A stretch of 64,000 bases of DNA, from positions 59,846 to 123,845 of the forward strand of contig JAKQOW010000036.1 in the NCBI GenBank assembly GCA_029565065.1, written 5' to 3'. The translations under genes were made by a program, and so were the position numbers. This DNA is from Acidobacteriota bacterium (GTDB lineage Bacteria > Acidobacteriota > JAAYUB01). Positions 48,391-58,474 of the stretch are shown here, in pieces (positions within the stretch are counted from its first letter, which is position 1; every line of letters begins with the position of its first letter). Below the pieces are notes generated by a model. That model worked only from the letters and a program-made list of their open reading frames with translations, was not told the DNA's origin and searched no databases.

Positions 48391-50718
48391 ATGAACGAAG
48401 CCGAAACCAGAGCCGAGCACATTGACCCCGCGCTGGCGGCGGCGGGCTGGGGCGTCGTGGAGGGCAGCCGCGTGAGGCGGGAGTTTCCCATCACGCCGGG
48501 GCGCATCGAGGGGCTGGGCCGGCGCGGAAAGCCGCTGACCGCCGATTACGTTCTGGAATACCGCAACCGCAAACTGGCCGTAATCGAGGCCAAGGCGTGG
48601 GATCAAGAGTTGACCGAAGGAGTGGCGCAGGGCAAGAACTACGCGGGCAAGCTGCAGGTGCGCTTTGTCTATGCCACAAACGGGCGGGGCATCTACGCGA
48701 TAGACATGCAGACGGGCAAGGAAGGCGAGATCGCCGCCTACCCAACCCCGGACGAACTCTGGGCGATGACCTTTGCCGAGGAGAACGCCTGGCGGGACCG
48801 GTTCGCGGCGGTGCCGTACGAGGACAAGGGCGGCTCGCATCCGACGCGTTACTACCAGGACATCGCCATCGAGCGGGTGATGCAGGCCATTTCGGAGAAC
48901 CGGACGCGCATCCTGCTGACGCTGGCCACCGGAACGGGGAAAACCTTCATCGCATTCCAGATCGCGTGGAAGCTGTTCCATGCGCGCTGGAACCTCTCCC
49001 GCGAACCGACGCGCCGGCCGCGCATCCTGTTCTTGGCCGACCGGAACATCCTGGCGAACCAGGCTTACAACGCCTTCTCCGCCTTCCCCGAGGACGCGCT
49101 GGTGCGGATCGAGCCGGGCGACATCCGCAAGAAAGGCAAGGTGCCGAAGAACGGCAGCCTGTTTTTCACCATCTTCCAGACGTTCATGAGTGGTCCGCCC
49201 AAGGACGGCCGACCGTCACCCTATTTCGGCGAATACCCGCCGGACTTCTTCGACTTTATCGTGATTGATGAGTGCCATCGCGGCGGGGCGAACGACGAGA
49301 GCACCTGGCGTGGCATCCTGGACTACTTCGCGCCCGCCGTGCAGCTCGGCCTCACCGCCACACCCAAGCGCGATGAGAACGTGAACACCTACCGCTATTT
49401 CGGCGAGCCGGTCTATATGTATTCGCTCAAGGACGGGATCAACGACGGCTTCCTGACCCCGTTCAAGGTGAAGCAGATCCAGACCACGCTGGACGAGTAC
49501 GTGTACACGCCGGACGACACGGTGATCGAAGGCGAGATCGAGGAGGGCAAGCGGTACGAAGAGGCGGACTTCAACCGCATCATCGAGATCAGGAAACGCG
49601 AGGAATACCGGGTCAGAATCTTCATGGATCTGATCAACCAGAACGAGAAGACGCTGGTGTTCTGCGCGAACCAGGCCCACGCCCTGGCCGTGCGCGACCT
49701 CGTCAACCAGCTGAAGACCAGCAAGGACCCGAACTACTGCCAGCGGGTGACGGCGAACGACGGTGAGCTGGGCGAGCAGCATTTGCGCGACTTCCAGGAC
49801 AACGAGAAGACGATCCCGATGGTCCTGACCACGTCACAGAAGCTCTCGACGGGGGTGGACGCTCGGAACATCCGCAACATCGTCCTGATGCGGCCCATCA
49901 ACCGGCTCATCGAGTTCAAACAGATCATCGGGCGCGGCACCCGGCTCTATGACGGCAAAGATTACTTCACGATCTACGACTTCGTGAATGCGCACGAGCA
50001 TTTCAGCGATTCTGGGTGGGACGGCGAGCCGATGGCCCCGGAACCGCACGAGATCTATCCGCCGCACGAACCGAGCCTGGCAGGCGAAGTGCGGGAACCC
50101 AGGGAGAAATATCCAAAACGCCAGCGGGTGAAAGTGAAACTGGCGGACGGCAAGGAGCGCACCATCCAGCACATGATGATGACGAGCTTCTGGCATCCCG
50201 ACGGCACGCCCATGTCCGCGCAGCAGTTCATGGAACTGCTCTTCGGAAAGCTCCCGTACTTCTTCAAGGACGAAGCCGAACTCCGGGCCATTTGGAGTGC
50301 GCCTGACACGCGCAAAAAGTTATTGCAGGGCTTGGCCGAGAAGGGCTTCGGGCATGACCAACTGGCTGAGATGCAGACGATCATCGACGCCGAGAAGAGC
50401 GATCTGTTCGACGTGCTCGCCCATGTTGCCTACGCCTTGCCGCCCGTCACGCGTGAAGTCCGCGCCGCGAATGCGAGAGTTCACATCAATACCCGTTTCA
50501 GCGACAAGCAGAAGGTGTTCCTCGATTTCGTGCTCCAGCATTACATCACGGTCGGCGTGGAAGAGCTCGATCAAGAAAAGCTTACCCCGCTGCTCCTGCT
50601 CAAGTACCACAATTCCCTGGCGGATGCCGTTGCCGACCTGGGCGGCCGGCCCGAAGAGATAAGCAAAGCCTTCGCCGGGTTCCAGAAATATCTCTATCAG
50701 CAAACGTCTGCGGCATGA
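48391..50718 (+). CDS. hsdR: Type I restriction enzyme, R subunit (nuclease plus SF2 helicase)
   Basis: N-terminal nuclease motif LAVIEAKAW; Walker A LATGTGKT; DEAH-like VIDECHR; motif VI QIIGRGTRL. Confidence 0.9.
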   Translation: MNEAETRAEHIDPALAAAGWGVVEGSRVRREFPITPGRIEGLGRRGKPLTADYVLEYRNRKLAVIEAKAWDQELTEGVAQGKNYAGKLQVRFVYATNGRGIYAIDMQTGKEGEIAAYPTPDELWAMTFAEENAWRDRFAAVPYEDKGGSHPTRYYQDIAIERVMQAISENRTRILLTLATGTGKTFIAFQIAWKLFHARWNLSREPTRRPRILFLADRNILANQAYNAFSAFPEDALVRIEPGDIRKKGKVPKNGSLFFTIFQTFMSGPPKDGRPSPYFGEYPPDFFDFIVIDECHRGGANDESTWRGILDYFAPAVQLGLTATPKRDENVNTYRYFGEPVYMYSLKDGINDGFLTPFKVKQIQTTLDEYVYTPDDTVIEGEIEEGKRYEEADFNRIIEIRKREEYRVRIFMDLINQNEKTLVFCANQAHALAVRDLVNQLKTSKDPNYCQRVTANDGELGEQHLRDFQDNEKTIPMVLTTSQKLSTGVDARNIRNIVLMRPINRLIEFKQIIGRGTRLYDGKDYFTIYDFVNAHEHFSDSGWDGEPMAPEPHEIYPPHEPSLAGEVREPREKYPKRQRVKVKLADGKERTIQHMMMTSFWHPDGTPMSAQQFMELLFGKLPYFFKDEAELRAIWSAPDTRKKLLQGLAEKGFGHDQLAEMQTIIDAEKSDLFDVLAHVAYALPPVTREVRAANARVHINTRFSDKQKVFLDFVLQHYITVGVEELDQEKLTPLLLLKYHNSLADAVADLGGRPEEISKAFAGFQKYLYQQTSAA

Positions 50719-50790
50719 TAGGTGCGAGAAGATAATAGGTTAACAAACAGTTACAGCGGACGGCTCGCAGCGCGGCCCTCCGCTTAACCG

Positions 50791-51522
50791 ATGGATGAGT
50801 GTTCAGATGGGAAAGGAATGATAACAAAGTGGCTACATATCAGTGAACTGGGGGGCGATCCCTGGATTTTGCCGATCTGGACGGCTGTGAATGAAGCTGT
50901 GAAATCTGGTAAAGCCACCGATCTTCAGCCCGAAGTGTACCGTCTTGGATTACACGTCTCACTACGACTGAATATCTTGCCTCGGGTAGTCAAACGGGTG
51001 AATTCCAACACATTGCTCTTGTATAGAATCATCAGAGAACACGGACCCGAGTATGTTTCGACTGAAGCAATTAGGGGATACGCATTTCCTGTCGATGATG
51101 ATCTGAAGTACTCATTGTTAGCTGATATCGATGCCCTGCTCTTTGAACTCAATTCGGTTTGTGAACTTATGAAGAATCTTTTTGGGTTATTGCAGGCGCA
51201 TATTGGCCGGCCGATACATAAAGATAAGATTGGCAAAGCTTTAAATGATGTACTTTCTCAAAGTACCCGGAATGCAAATTGGTTTGCAATGTTGGATGAG
51301 CATAGAAATTTTTTTATGCACAATGGTGCTCCGTACATAGCCGTGGATCTTTCGAATGAGCCGGTGGAATTGGAAATTCTGATTATGAAAGAAAATATAA
51401 AGAGCTTTACAGATCCAGCAAAATTCGTTTCACTTTCGCAGATCAATTCTATTGTCCAAGGGTTTATAGATTCGAAACAAAAGCTGCAAGACTATTTGAT
51501 ATCACTCTTCAAACAGGAGTAA
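50791..51522 (+). CDS. Hypothetical AT-rich protein with Rx4H (HEPN-like) motif, downstream of hsdR
   Basis: Lowest GC in the window; EHRNFFMHNG contains R-x4-H; alternative start ATG 50818 with AAAGGA RBS. Confidence 0.45.
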   Translation: MDECSDGKGMITKWLHISELGGDPWILPIWTAVNEAVKSGKATDLQPEVYRLGLHVSLRLNILPRVVKRVNSNTLLLYRIIREHGPEYVSTEAIRGYAFPVDDDLKYSLLADIDALLFELNSVCELMKNLFGLLQAHIGRPIHKDKIGKALNDVLSQSTRNANWFAMLDEHRNFFMHNGAPYIAVDLSNEPVELEILIMKENIKSFTDPAKFVSLSQINSIVQGFIDSKQKLQDYLISLFKQE

Positions 51523-51541
51523 GCGCGAACCAGCAAATCCA

Positions 51542-52213
51542 GTGAACAGCTTTCAAATCCACCAGACCACGCGCCGCGTGGCGGTTGATTCTCGGCGTTT
51601 GAAGGCAGCTGCAGATATCATGTCTGACAACAAGCTTATTCTTCATCCCATCGATCCCATGGCAAGCCTACCGTCGGTGTCCGCGGTACGGATCCGCCTC
51701 TCTGAGATTGGTCTCATCGGGCCGCCCATCGAGTATTACGGAAAGACACATTATCTTCAGGGTCCGCGATTTGAAGCGCTCGTGCCGTTCGCCCATTCGC
51801 ATCGGTCCGTAGTCCTCACTTCAATTGATCCCACCTTCTTCACACCACGCATCACCGACAGTCGCAGCATCGTTTCCATAGAAATCTGCCAACCGACCGA
51901 CGCTATCGAATTTCTTGGGGCGGGCAACGTAGAAAGCCCCTGCTGTCCCTCGTGTGACTTCGAGATCAAGGATTGGGCGGCCTTGGTCTCGACGTGGTGT
52001 AACAACAAATGCACATACCAGTGGACTTGTCCGGGTTGTCAGCGCAGCTGGAGACCCTGGCATCTCGATTGGCGCGGCACGAACGGTTTTGGTCGCTTCG
52101 CCATTGCCTTCTGGAACGTCCATCAAAGCGAAGCCATACCCAGCCAGGAACTTCTAGAGGTTGTTCACGAAGTCTGCGGCACGCCGTGGACCTTCTTCTA
52201 CTATCGGCTTTAG
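51542..52213 (+). CDS. Hypothetical protein with C-terminal Cys-rich (zinc-binding-like) region
   Basis: CCPSCDF...CNNKCTYQWTCPGCQRSW; start uncertain (51542 or 51620). Confidence 0.4.
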   Translation: MNSFQIHQTTRRVAVDSRRLKAAADIMSDNKLILHPIDPMASLPSVSAVRIRLSEIGLIGPPIEYYGKTHYLQGPRFEALVPFAHSHRSVVLTSIDPTFFTPRITDSRSIVSIEICQPTDAIEFLGAGNVESPCCPSCDFEIKDWAALVSTWCNNKCTYQWTCPGCQRSWRPWHLDWRGTNGFGRFAIAFWNVHQSEAIPSQELLEVVHEVCGTPWTFFYYRL

Positions 52214-52669
52214 GTCCTGCAATATGTTCCAGGCATGCAGTGAACTGCCACTGTTGACTGGCAGAAGGTCGTATTTATGGAACCCATGCAATTCAATACT
52301 ATCGCGGTCAGAACGACTTCGTCGTGATGCTATCAATGTGAGCCGGCGGTTGCTGAGAGACGCTGACGGAGTGGCGTGTCATCTCAGGTGAGGCGCCGCG
52401 AGGACCCCTCCCGCGTCGACGCCGCTACCACTCCAACAACAGTCGTCTTCGCAGTAATGGTTGGGAAGATGCAGTGCGGGTTGACACGGATGGGTTCAGA
52501 TGGTAAAGGACGATAACGATATGGCCATACCTGATTTTGGGAGTGCGATCTGTACACGTCTGATGTTTTGAGCTGACTGTAAGGATCACGCCGACCATGA
52601 GGCGCCCGACGCACTCGCTCTTGGAGCAACCTACCTGAGGATGGATTAAAGACGTGATGGAGACATGAC

Positions 52670-53200
52670 ATGCGCAAGGAGTACGGGAAAGCGCTCCGGC
52701 AGTATTTCGCCAAGCAGATGAAGGAGCGACTCCCGGAATTCAAAGAGGAGACGGTGCAGTCCGTGTACCTGTGGCCCGGGCAGCGGGCGTTCGGCCGGTC
52801 CGTCTCCGGTTCGCTGAAGTGCTGGATCGTGCTCAGCCCCAGCCCCAAGGACTACGACGAGTTCACGGTCCTGATCGGATGGTCGACGTGGGGGCGCTAT
52901 CCGGAGCTATCGGTGATCCCGTCCATCCAATCGCCGTCGCCGGACCGGGCGGAGTTCAGCCAGCCGGAGTACCTCACGCGACTCCCGCAGCTCTGGACCC
53001 AGCGGGACGAATGGTGGGTGATTCAGAAGTTCGAGCCGGCGCTCACCGTGGAGCAGATGACGGCCCGGATGGCGCCCATCCCGGCGCCGGCGGCCGAGGC
53101 GAAAGTGATCCCTCGCGTGGACGACGCCATCGACCAGGTGATCAAGATCGGCATCCCTTATCTTTCCGAGTTCGTCAACACAAGGGAAGGAAGCGAATGA
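52670..53200 (+). CDS. Hypothetical protein (176 aa)
   Basis: High-GC ORF with consistent codon usage; no recognisable motif. Confidence 0.45.
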   Translation: MRKEYGKALRQYFAKQMKERLPEFKEETVQSVYLWPGQRAFGRSVSGSLKCWIVLSPSPKDYDEFTVLIGWSTWGRYPELSVIPSIQSPSPDRAEFSQPEYLTRLPQLWTQRDEWWVIQKFEPALTVEQMTARMAPIPAPAAEAKVIPRVDDAIDQVIKIGIPYLSEFVNTREGSE

Positions 53201-53285
53201 CCCGAAGTATCCGGCGGCGCGCCCGGCGCGCGCCGCCGCGGCGCCGGCGTCGGTCCTCAACTCAGACTGAAGGAGTGACACATCC

Positions 53286-53954
53286 ATGGCCATGACTCTC
53301 CAGGAAGCGCTGGCGCGGCTCGAGGCAATGGGGGACGAGAAGGTGCGGAAGCACAACCGCAAGAGCGGCGCCGGCGACGACCAGTACGGCGTCCGGCTGG
53401 GCGACATCCGCAAGCTCGCTGCGACGATCAAGGCCGACCATGCACTCGCCCTGGCGCTCTGGGAAACGGGGAACATCGACGCCCGGCTCCTGGCCGTCCT
53501 GCTGCTCAAGCCGAAGGAACTGTCCCGCGATCAGGTGGACCGGCTGGTGCGCTCCGGCGACTTCGCCCAGTTGGCCGACTGGCTGAACGCCTACGTGGTC
53601 CAGAAACATCCCGAGAAGGAATCGCTCCGCCAGCGGTGGCTGGCGGACGCCGACCCGTGGGCGGCGCGCGCCGGCTGGAGCCTGACCTACGAACGGATCA
53701 CCCGGGATCCGGCCGGGCTCGACCTGCCGGCGCTCCTGGACCGGCTCGAGGCGGAGATGGGGGGCGCCCCGCCGCCCGCGCAGTGGACCATGAATTTCTG
53801 CCTCGGCGGGATCGGCATCCACTTCCCCGAGCATCGCCGGCGGGCGGTGGCCATCGGCGAGACGCTCGGGCTCTACCGCGACTACCCGGTCTCCAAGGGC
53901 TGCACCTCGCCGTACGTCCCGGCCTGGATCGCCGAGATGGTGCGCCGGCTTTAG
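53286..53954 (+). CDS. DNA alkylation repair enzyme (AlkD/AlkC-like HEAT-repeat glycosylase family)
   Basis: GAAGGAG RBS; helical repeat protein with ...DIRKLAATIKADHALALALWETGNIDARLLAVLLL... characteristic of the DNA_alkylation family. Confidence 0.65.
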   Translation: MAMTLQEALARLEAMGDEKVRKHNRKSGAGDDQYGVRLGDIRKLAATIKADHALALALWETGNIDARLLAVLLLKPKELSRDQVDRLVRSGDFAQLADWLNAYVVQKHPEKESLRQRWLADADPWAARAGWSLTYERITRDPAGLDLPALLDRLEAEMGGAPPPAQWTMNFCLGGIGIHFPEHRRRAVAIGETLGLYRDYPVSKGCTSPYVPAWIAEMVRRL

Positions 53955-54303
53955 ATAGCGCGGGCCGGCCGCGGCCCGCGCTCTGGAGTGCGGCGGCTGG
54001 ACGCCGCTTTGGATTCCGGAACAGATTACGGATTTGAGAGTGCGAATATCGGAAGGTAGCCAAAGACGCGACCCGCGTCCATCCAGAGCGCAGTCGAGCC
54101 TGCGCACTCCAGAGCGCTCGCGCGCTATCCAAAGCGCAGTTGGGCCTGCGCCGGTTGCCTGTGTGCCTGACCAAGCCGGTGAACCTGAAATCCCCCGATC
54201 ATGGGTTGAACTCCGCGGCTGCGGCGCAGCCGAACCGGCGTGCGGATTTGCGGCCTCAACACGAGATGGGCTCAAATTCCTGTCACCCAGATGAGGTCAG
54301 GAT

Positions 54304-54354
54304 TGGACAACAGATGTTCCTCCCTTATAATGAACCTACCGTCGAAAAATCGAC
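54304..54354 (+). promoter_or_regulatory. Near-consensus sigma70 promoter TTGGAC-17-TATAAT followed by palindrome GTCGAAAAATCGAC (candidate redox-regulator operator) upstream of peroxiredoxin
   Basis: -35 at 54304-54309, -10 at 54327-54332, inverted repeat at 54341-54354. Confidence 0.5.
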
Positions 54355-54394
54355 ACGCCCGATGCGTGCACAACCTCACTTCCGAGGAGGCGAC

Positions 54395-55111
54395 ATGGCG
54401 GACAAAAAACCACAAGGCTGCGTGCAGCCGGCGGCGGGGCCCATCGCCCCGAAGCCCGGACCCGAGGCGGTTCCGGCGGCCGGCGAAGCGCCGCGAAAGG
54501 AGGCGACCGTGAGCGTGATGGTCGGCAAGCCGGCCCCCGATTTCGAGGCGTCGGCCTTCCACGAGGGGAACTTCAAGAACATCAAGCTGTCCGACTTCAA
54601 GGGCCAGTGGGTGATGCTCTGTTTCTACCCCGGCGATTTCACCTTCGTCTGACCCACCGAATTGGCGGCGGTCGCCGCCAAAGCCGACGAATTCCGCAAG
54701 CTGGGCGTCCAGGTGCTCTCCTGCAGCACCGACAGCCGGTTCATCCACAAGATGTGGCAGGAGCACGAGCTGGCCAAGATGGTGCCGGGCGGCTTCCCGT
54801 TCCCCATGCTCTCCGACGCCGGGGGGCGGATCGGGACGATCTACGGGATCTTCGACGAGGCCGGCGGCGTGGACGTGCGCGGCCGCTTCCTCATCGATCC
54901 GGACGGCATCGTCCAGGCCATCGAGATCCTGACGCCCCCGGTGGGCCGCAAGATCACCGAGGCCATCCGGCAGGTGCACGCCTACCAGCACGTCCGGGCC
55001 ACCGGCGGCGCCGAGGTGTGCCCCGCCGGCTGGGAACCGGGCCAGCCCACTCTCAAGGTGGGTCCCGACCTGGTGGGCAACGTCTGGAAGATTTGGAAGC
55101 CCAAGGAATAG
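54395..55111 (+). CDS. 2-Cys peroxiredoxin (AhpC/Prx1 family) with in-frame TGA at the peroxidatic Cys position: predicted selenocysteine-containing peroxiredoxin (PrxU-like)
   Basis: ORFs 54140..54652 and 54662..55111 are in the same frame. Joined read-through gives ...[24 protein letters not shown]...; canonical motif is FTFVCPTE. Resolving Cys EVCPAGW retained. Alternative start ATG 54518 ([11 protein letters not shown]) with AAAGGAGG RBS. Confidence 0.75.
54664..54679 (+). promoter_or_regulatory. Candidate bacterial SECIS hairpin 12 nt downstream of the UGA
   Basis: GGCGGC-GGUC-GCCGCC; apical loop contains GU; spacing from UGA (54650-54652) consistent with bSECIS. Confidence 0.55.
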
Positions 55112-55180
55112 AAGAACCGCATTTTGCAAGCAAACGCCGCCCGGTCCCGGATCCCTGCGGGCAACGGACACGAGCGGGAT

Positions 55181-55218
55181 AAAAAAGCGGGGCCTGGCAT
55201 CCAGGCCCCGCTTGTTTT
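55181..55218. terminator. Bidirectional terminator between peroxiredoxin (+) and katG (-)
   Basis: AAAAAA-GCGGGGCCTGG-CATC-CAGGCCCCGC-TTGTTTT. Confidence 0.7.
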
Positions 55219-55273
55219 GGGTCAGCCGGCTGCGCCGCCCGGGGCGCAGCCCATGGGGACGGAACGATTGCGA

Positions 55274-57469
<2,196 letters not shown>

Positions 57470-57552
57470 CTACTATGTGTGATTTCAAAAAGCTGTATTT
57501 CGGTTCTGCCAGGCGTCCGTCGGGTCGGACGCCCGGTTGAAGCGCCGGATCG

Positions 57553-58011
57553 TCAGTCGCTCCCCTGGCAGTCCCGGCAGATCCCGAAGAAGTCCAGCCG
57601 GTGGGTGAGGATCCGGAAGCCCGTCTCCGCGGCGACCTCCTGGGTCAGGTCGTGCAGGCTGCTCAAGTCCGGATCGAAGATGGCGCCGCACCGCGTGCAG
57701 ATTAGGTGGGGGTGCGGGTACGGCCGGTGGCCGTCGTATCGATTGCCCCGGTCGGCAAACCCCAGTTCCAGCACCTCGCCGATTTCCTTCAGCACGGCGA
57801 TGGTCTTGTAGATCGTGGCCAGGCTGACGGTGGGGAAGCGGGCGTGGACCTTGGCGTAAACGGCCTCGACGCTGGGGTGGCCTTCGCTCCGGGACAGCAC
57901 CTCGAGCACCGCCAGGCGCTGCGGGGTGACGCGGAAACCCCGCGCCCGTAATTTCTCCAGCATCTGGCTGCGACGGGATCGGCTCTCGGATTCAGACTTG
58001 TGGGTGTGCAT
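57553..58011 (-). CDS. Fur-family transcriptional regulator (PerR-like, adjacent to katG)
   Basis: DNA-binding helix TPQRLAVLEVL; metal sites HPHLICTRCG and CRDCQG (Cys4); alternative start at internal MLEKLRARG (57963). Confidence 0.8.
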   Translation of the reverse strand: MHTHKSESESRSRRSQMLEKLRARGFRVTPQRLAVLEVLSRSEGHPSVEAVYAKVHARFPTVSLATIYKTIAVLKEIGEVLELGFADRGNRYDGHRPYPHPHLICTRCGAIFDPDLSSLHDLTQEVAAETGFRILTHRLDFFGICRDCQGSD

Positions 58012-58045
58012 GGTATCAAGCTATCAACTGGCAGATGATTAGTCA

Positions 58046-58073
58046 ATAATTATTATTTTAAAATAATTATTAT
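58046..58073. promoter_or_regulatory. AT-rich Fur/PerR-box-like inverted repeat upstream of the Fur-family gene
   Basis: ATAATTATTATTTT|AAAATAATTATTAT, 13/14 matched arms, in an otherwise GC-rich genome. Confidence 0.55.
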
Positions 58074-58474
58074 TTATAATACGGGGATTGAATCCTGCTG
58101 CTCCCGCGGGTTGAATTGCATTGTCTGCGGGGAGGGGTATTGAATAATCTGTTTGAAATAAAAAAACGGTGTGCTCATCGGCGTGATCGCCATCGTCCAC
58201 GTGTTCATGTCCCACGTCGCCTCAAGTTGTGGAAAATTTTCTCCGCCCCGCATCAGGCGTGACGGAAGCGTCCGACTGACGAGACGGAACCGGCCGAACG
58301 GATCATTCTCGCCATCCGGCCACCGGGCGGGGCTGGGATGCCGCAGCCCGCGGTGGCCCCGGGCTCCTATCCGCGCGGGCAATTAAAATTCGTGCGGACA
58401 AATCAACCGTTTACCGCTATGCTGAGGGCACATTCTGCGGTCGGAATGGAACCGTCTGACCTGGAGTTCATCGG

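Larger units (their letters stand above)
41822..52669. other. Accessory defence island (mosaic GC): direct repeats, higBA, PD-(D/E)xK protein, Type I R-M with embedded cassettes, HEPN-like gene
   Basis: Gene content typical of defence islands; GC varies by gene, visibly lower (not measured) than the flanking core; bounded by repeat arrays on the left and a ~450-bp noncoding stretch on the right. Confidence 0.55.

Noticed and set aside
54140-55111. Peroxiredoxin as a disrupted pseudogene or two separate ORFs
   Set aside because: The stop is exactly at the catalytic Cys codon, the frame is preserved, the downstream sequence encodes the full remainder of a 2-Cys Prx, and a SECIS-like hairpin follows. 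Sec recoding is the better explanation. The upstream ORF extension to 54140 precedes any plausible RBS.
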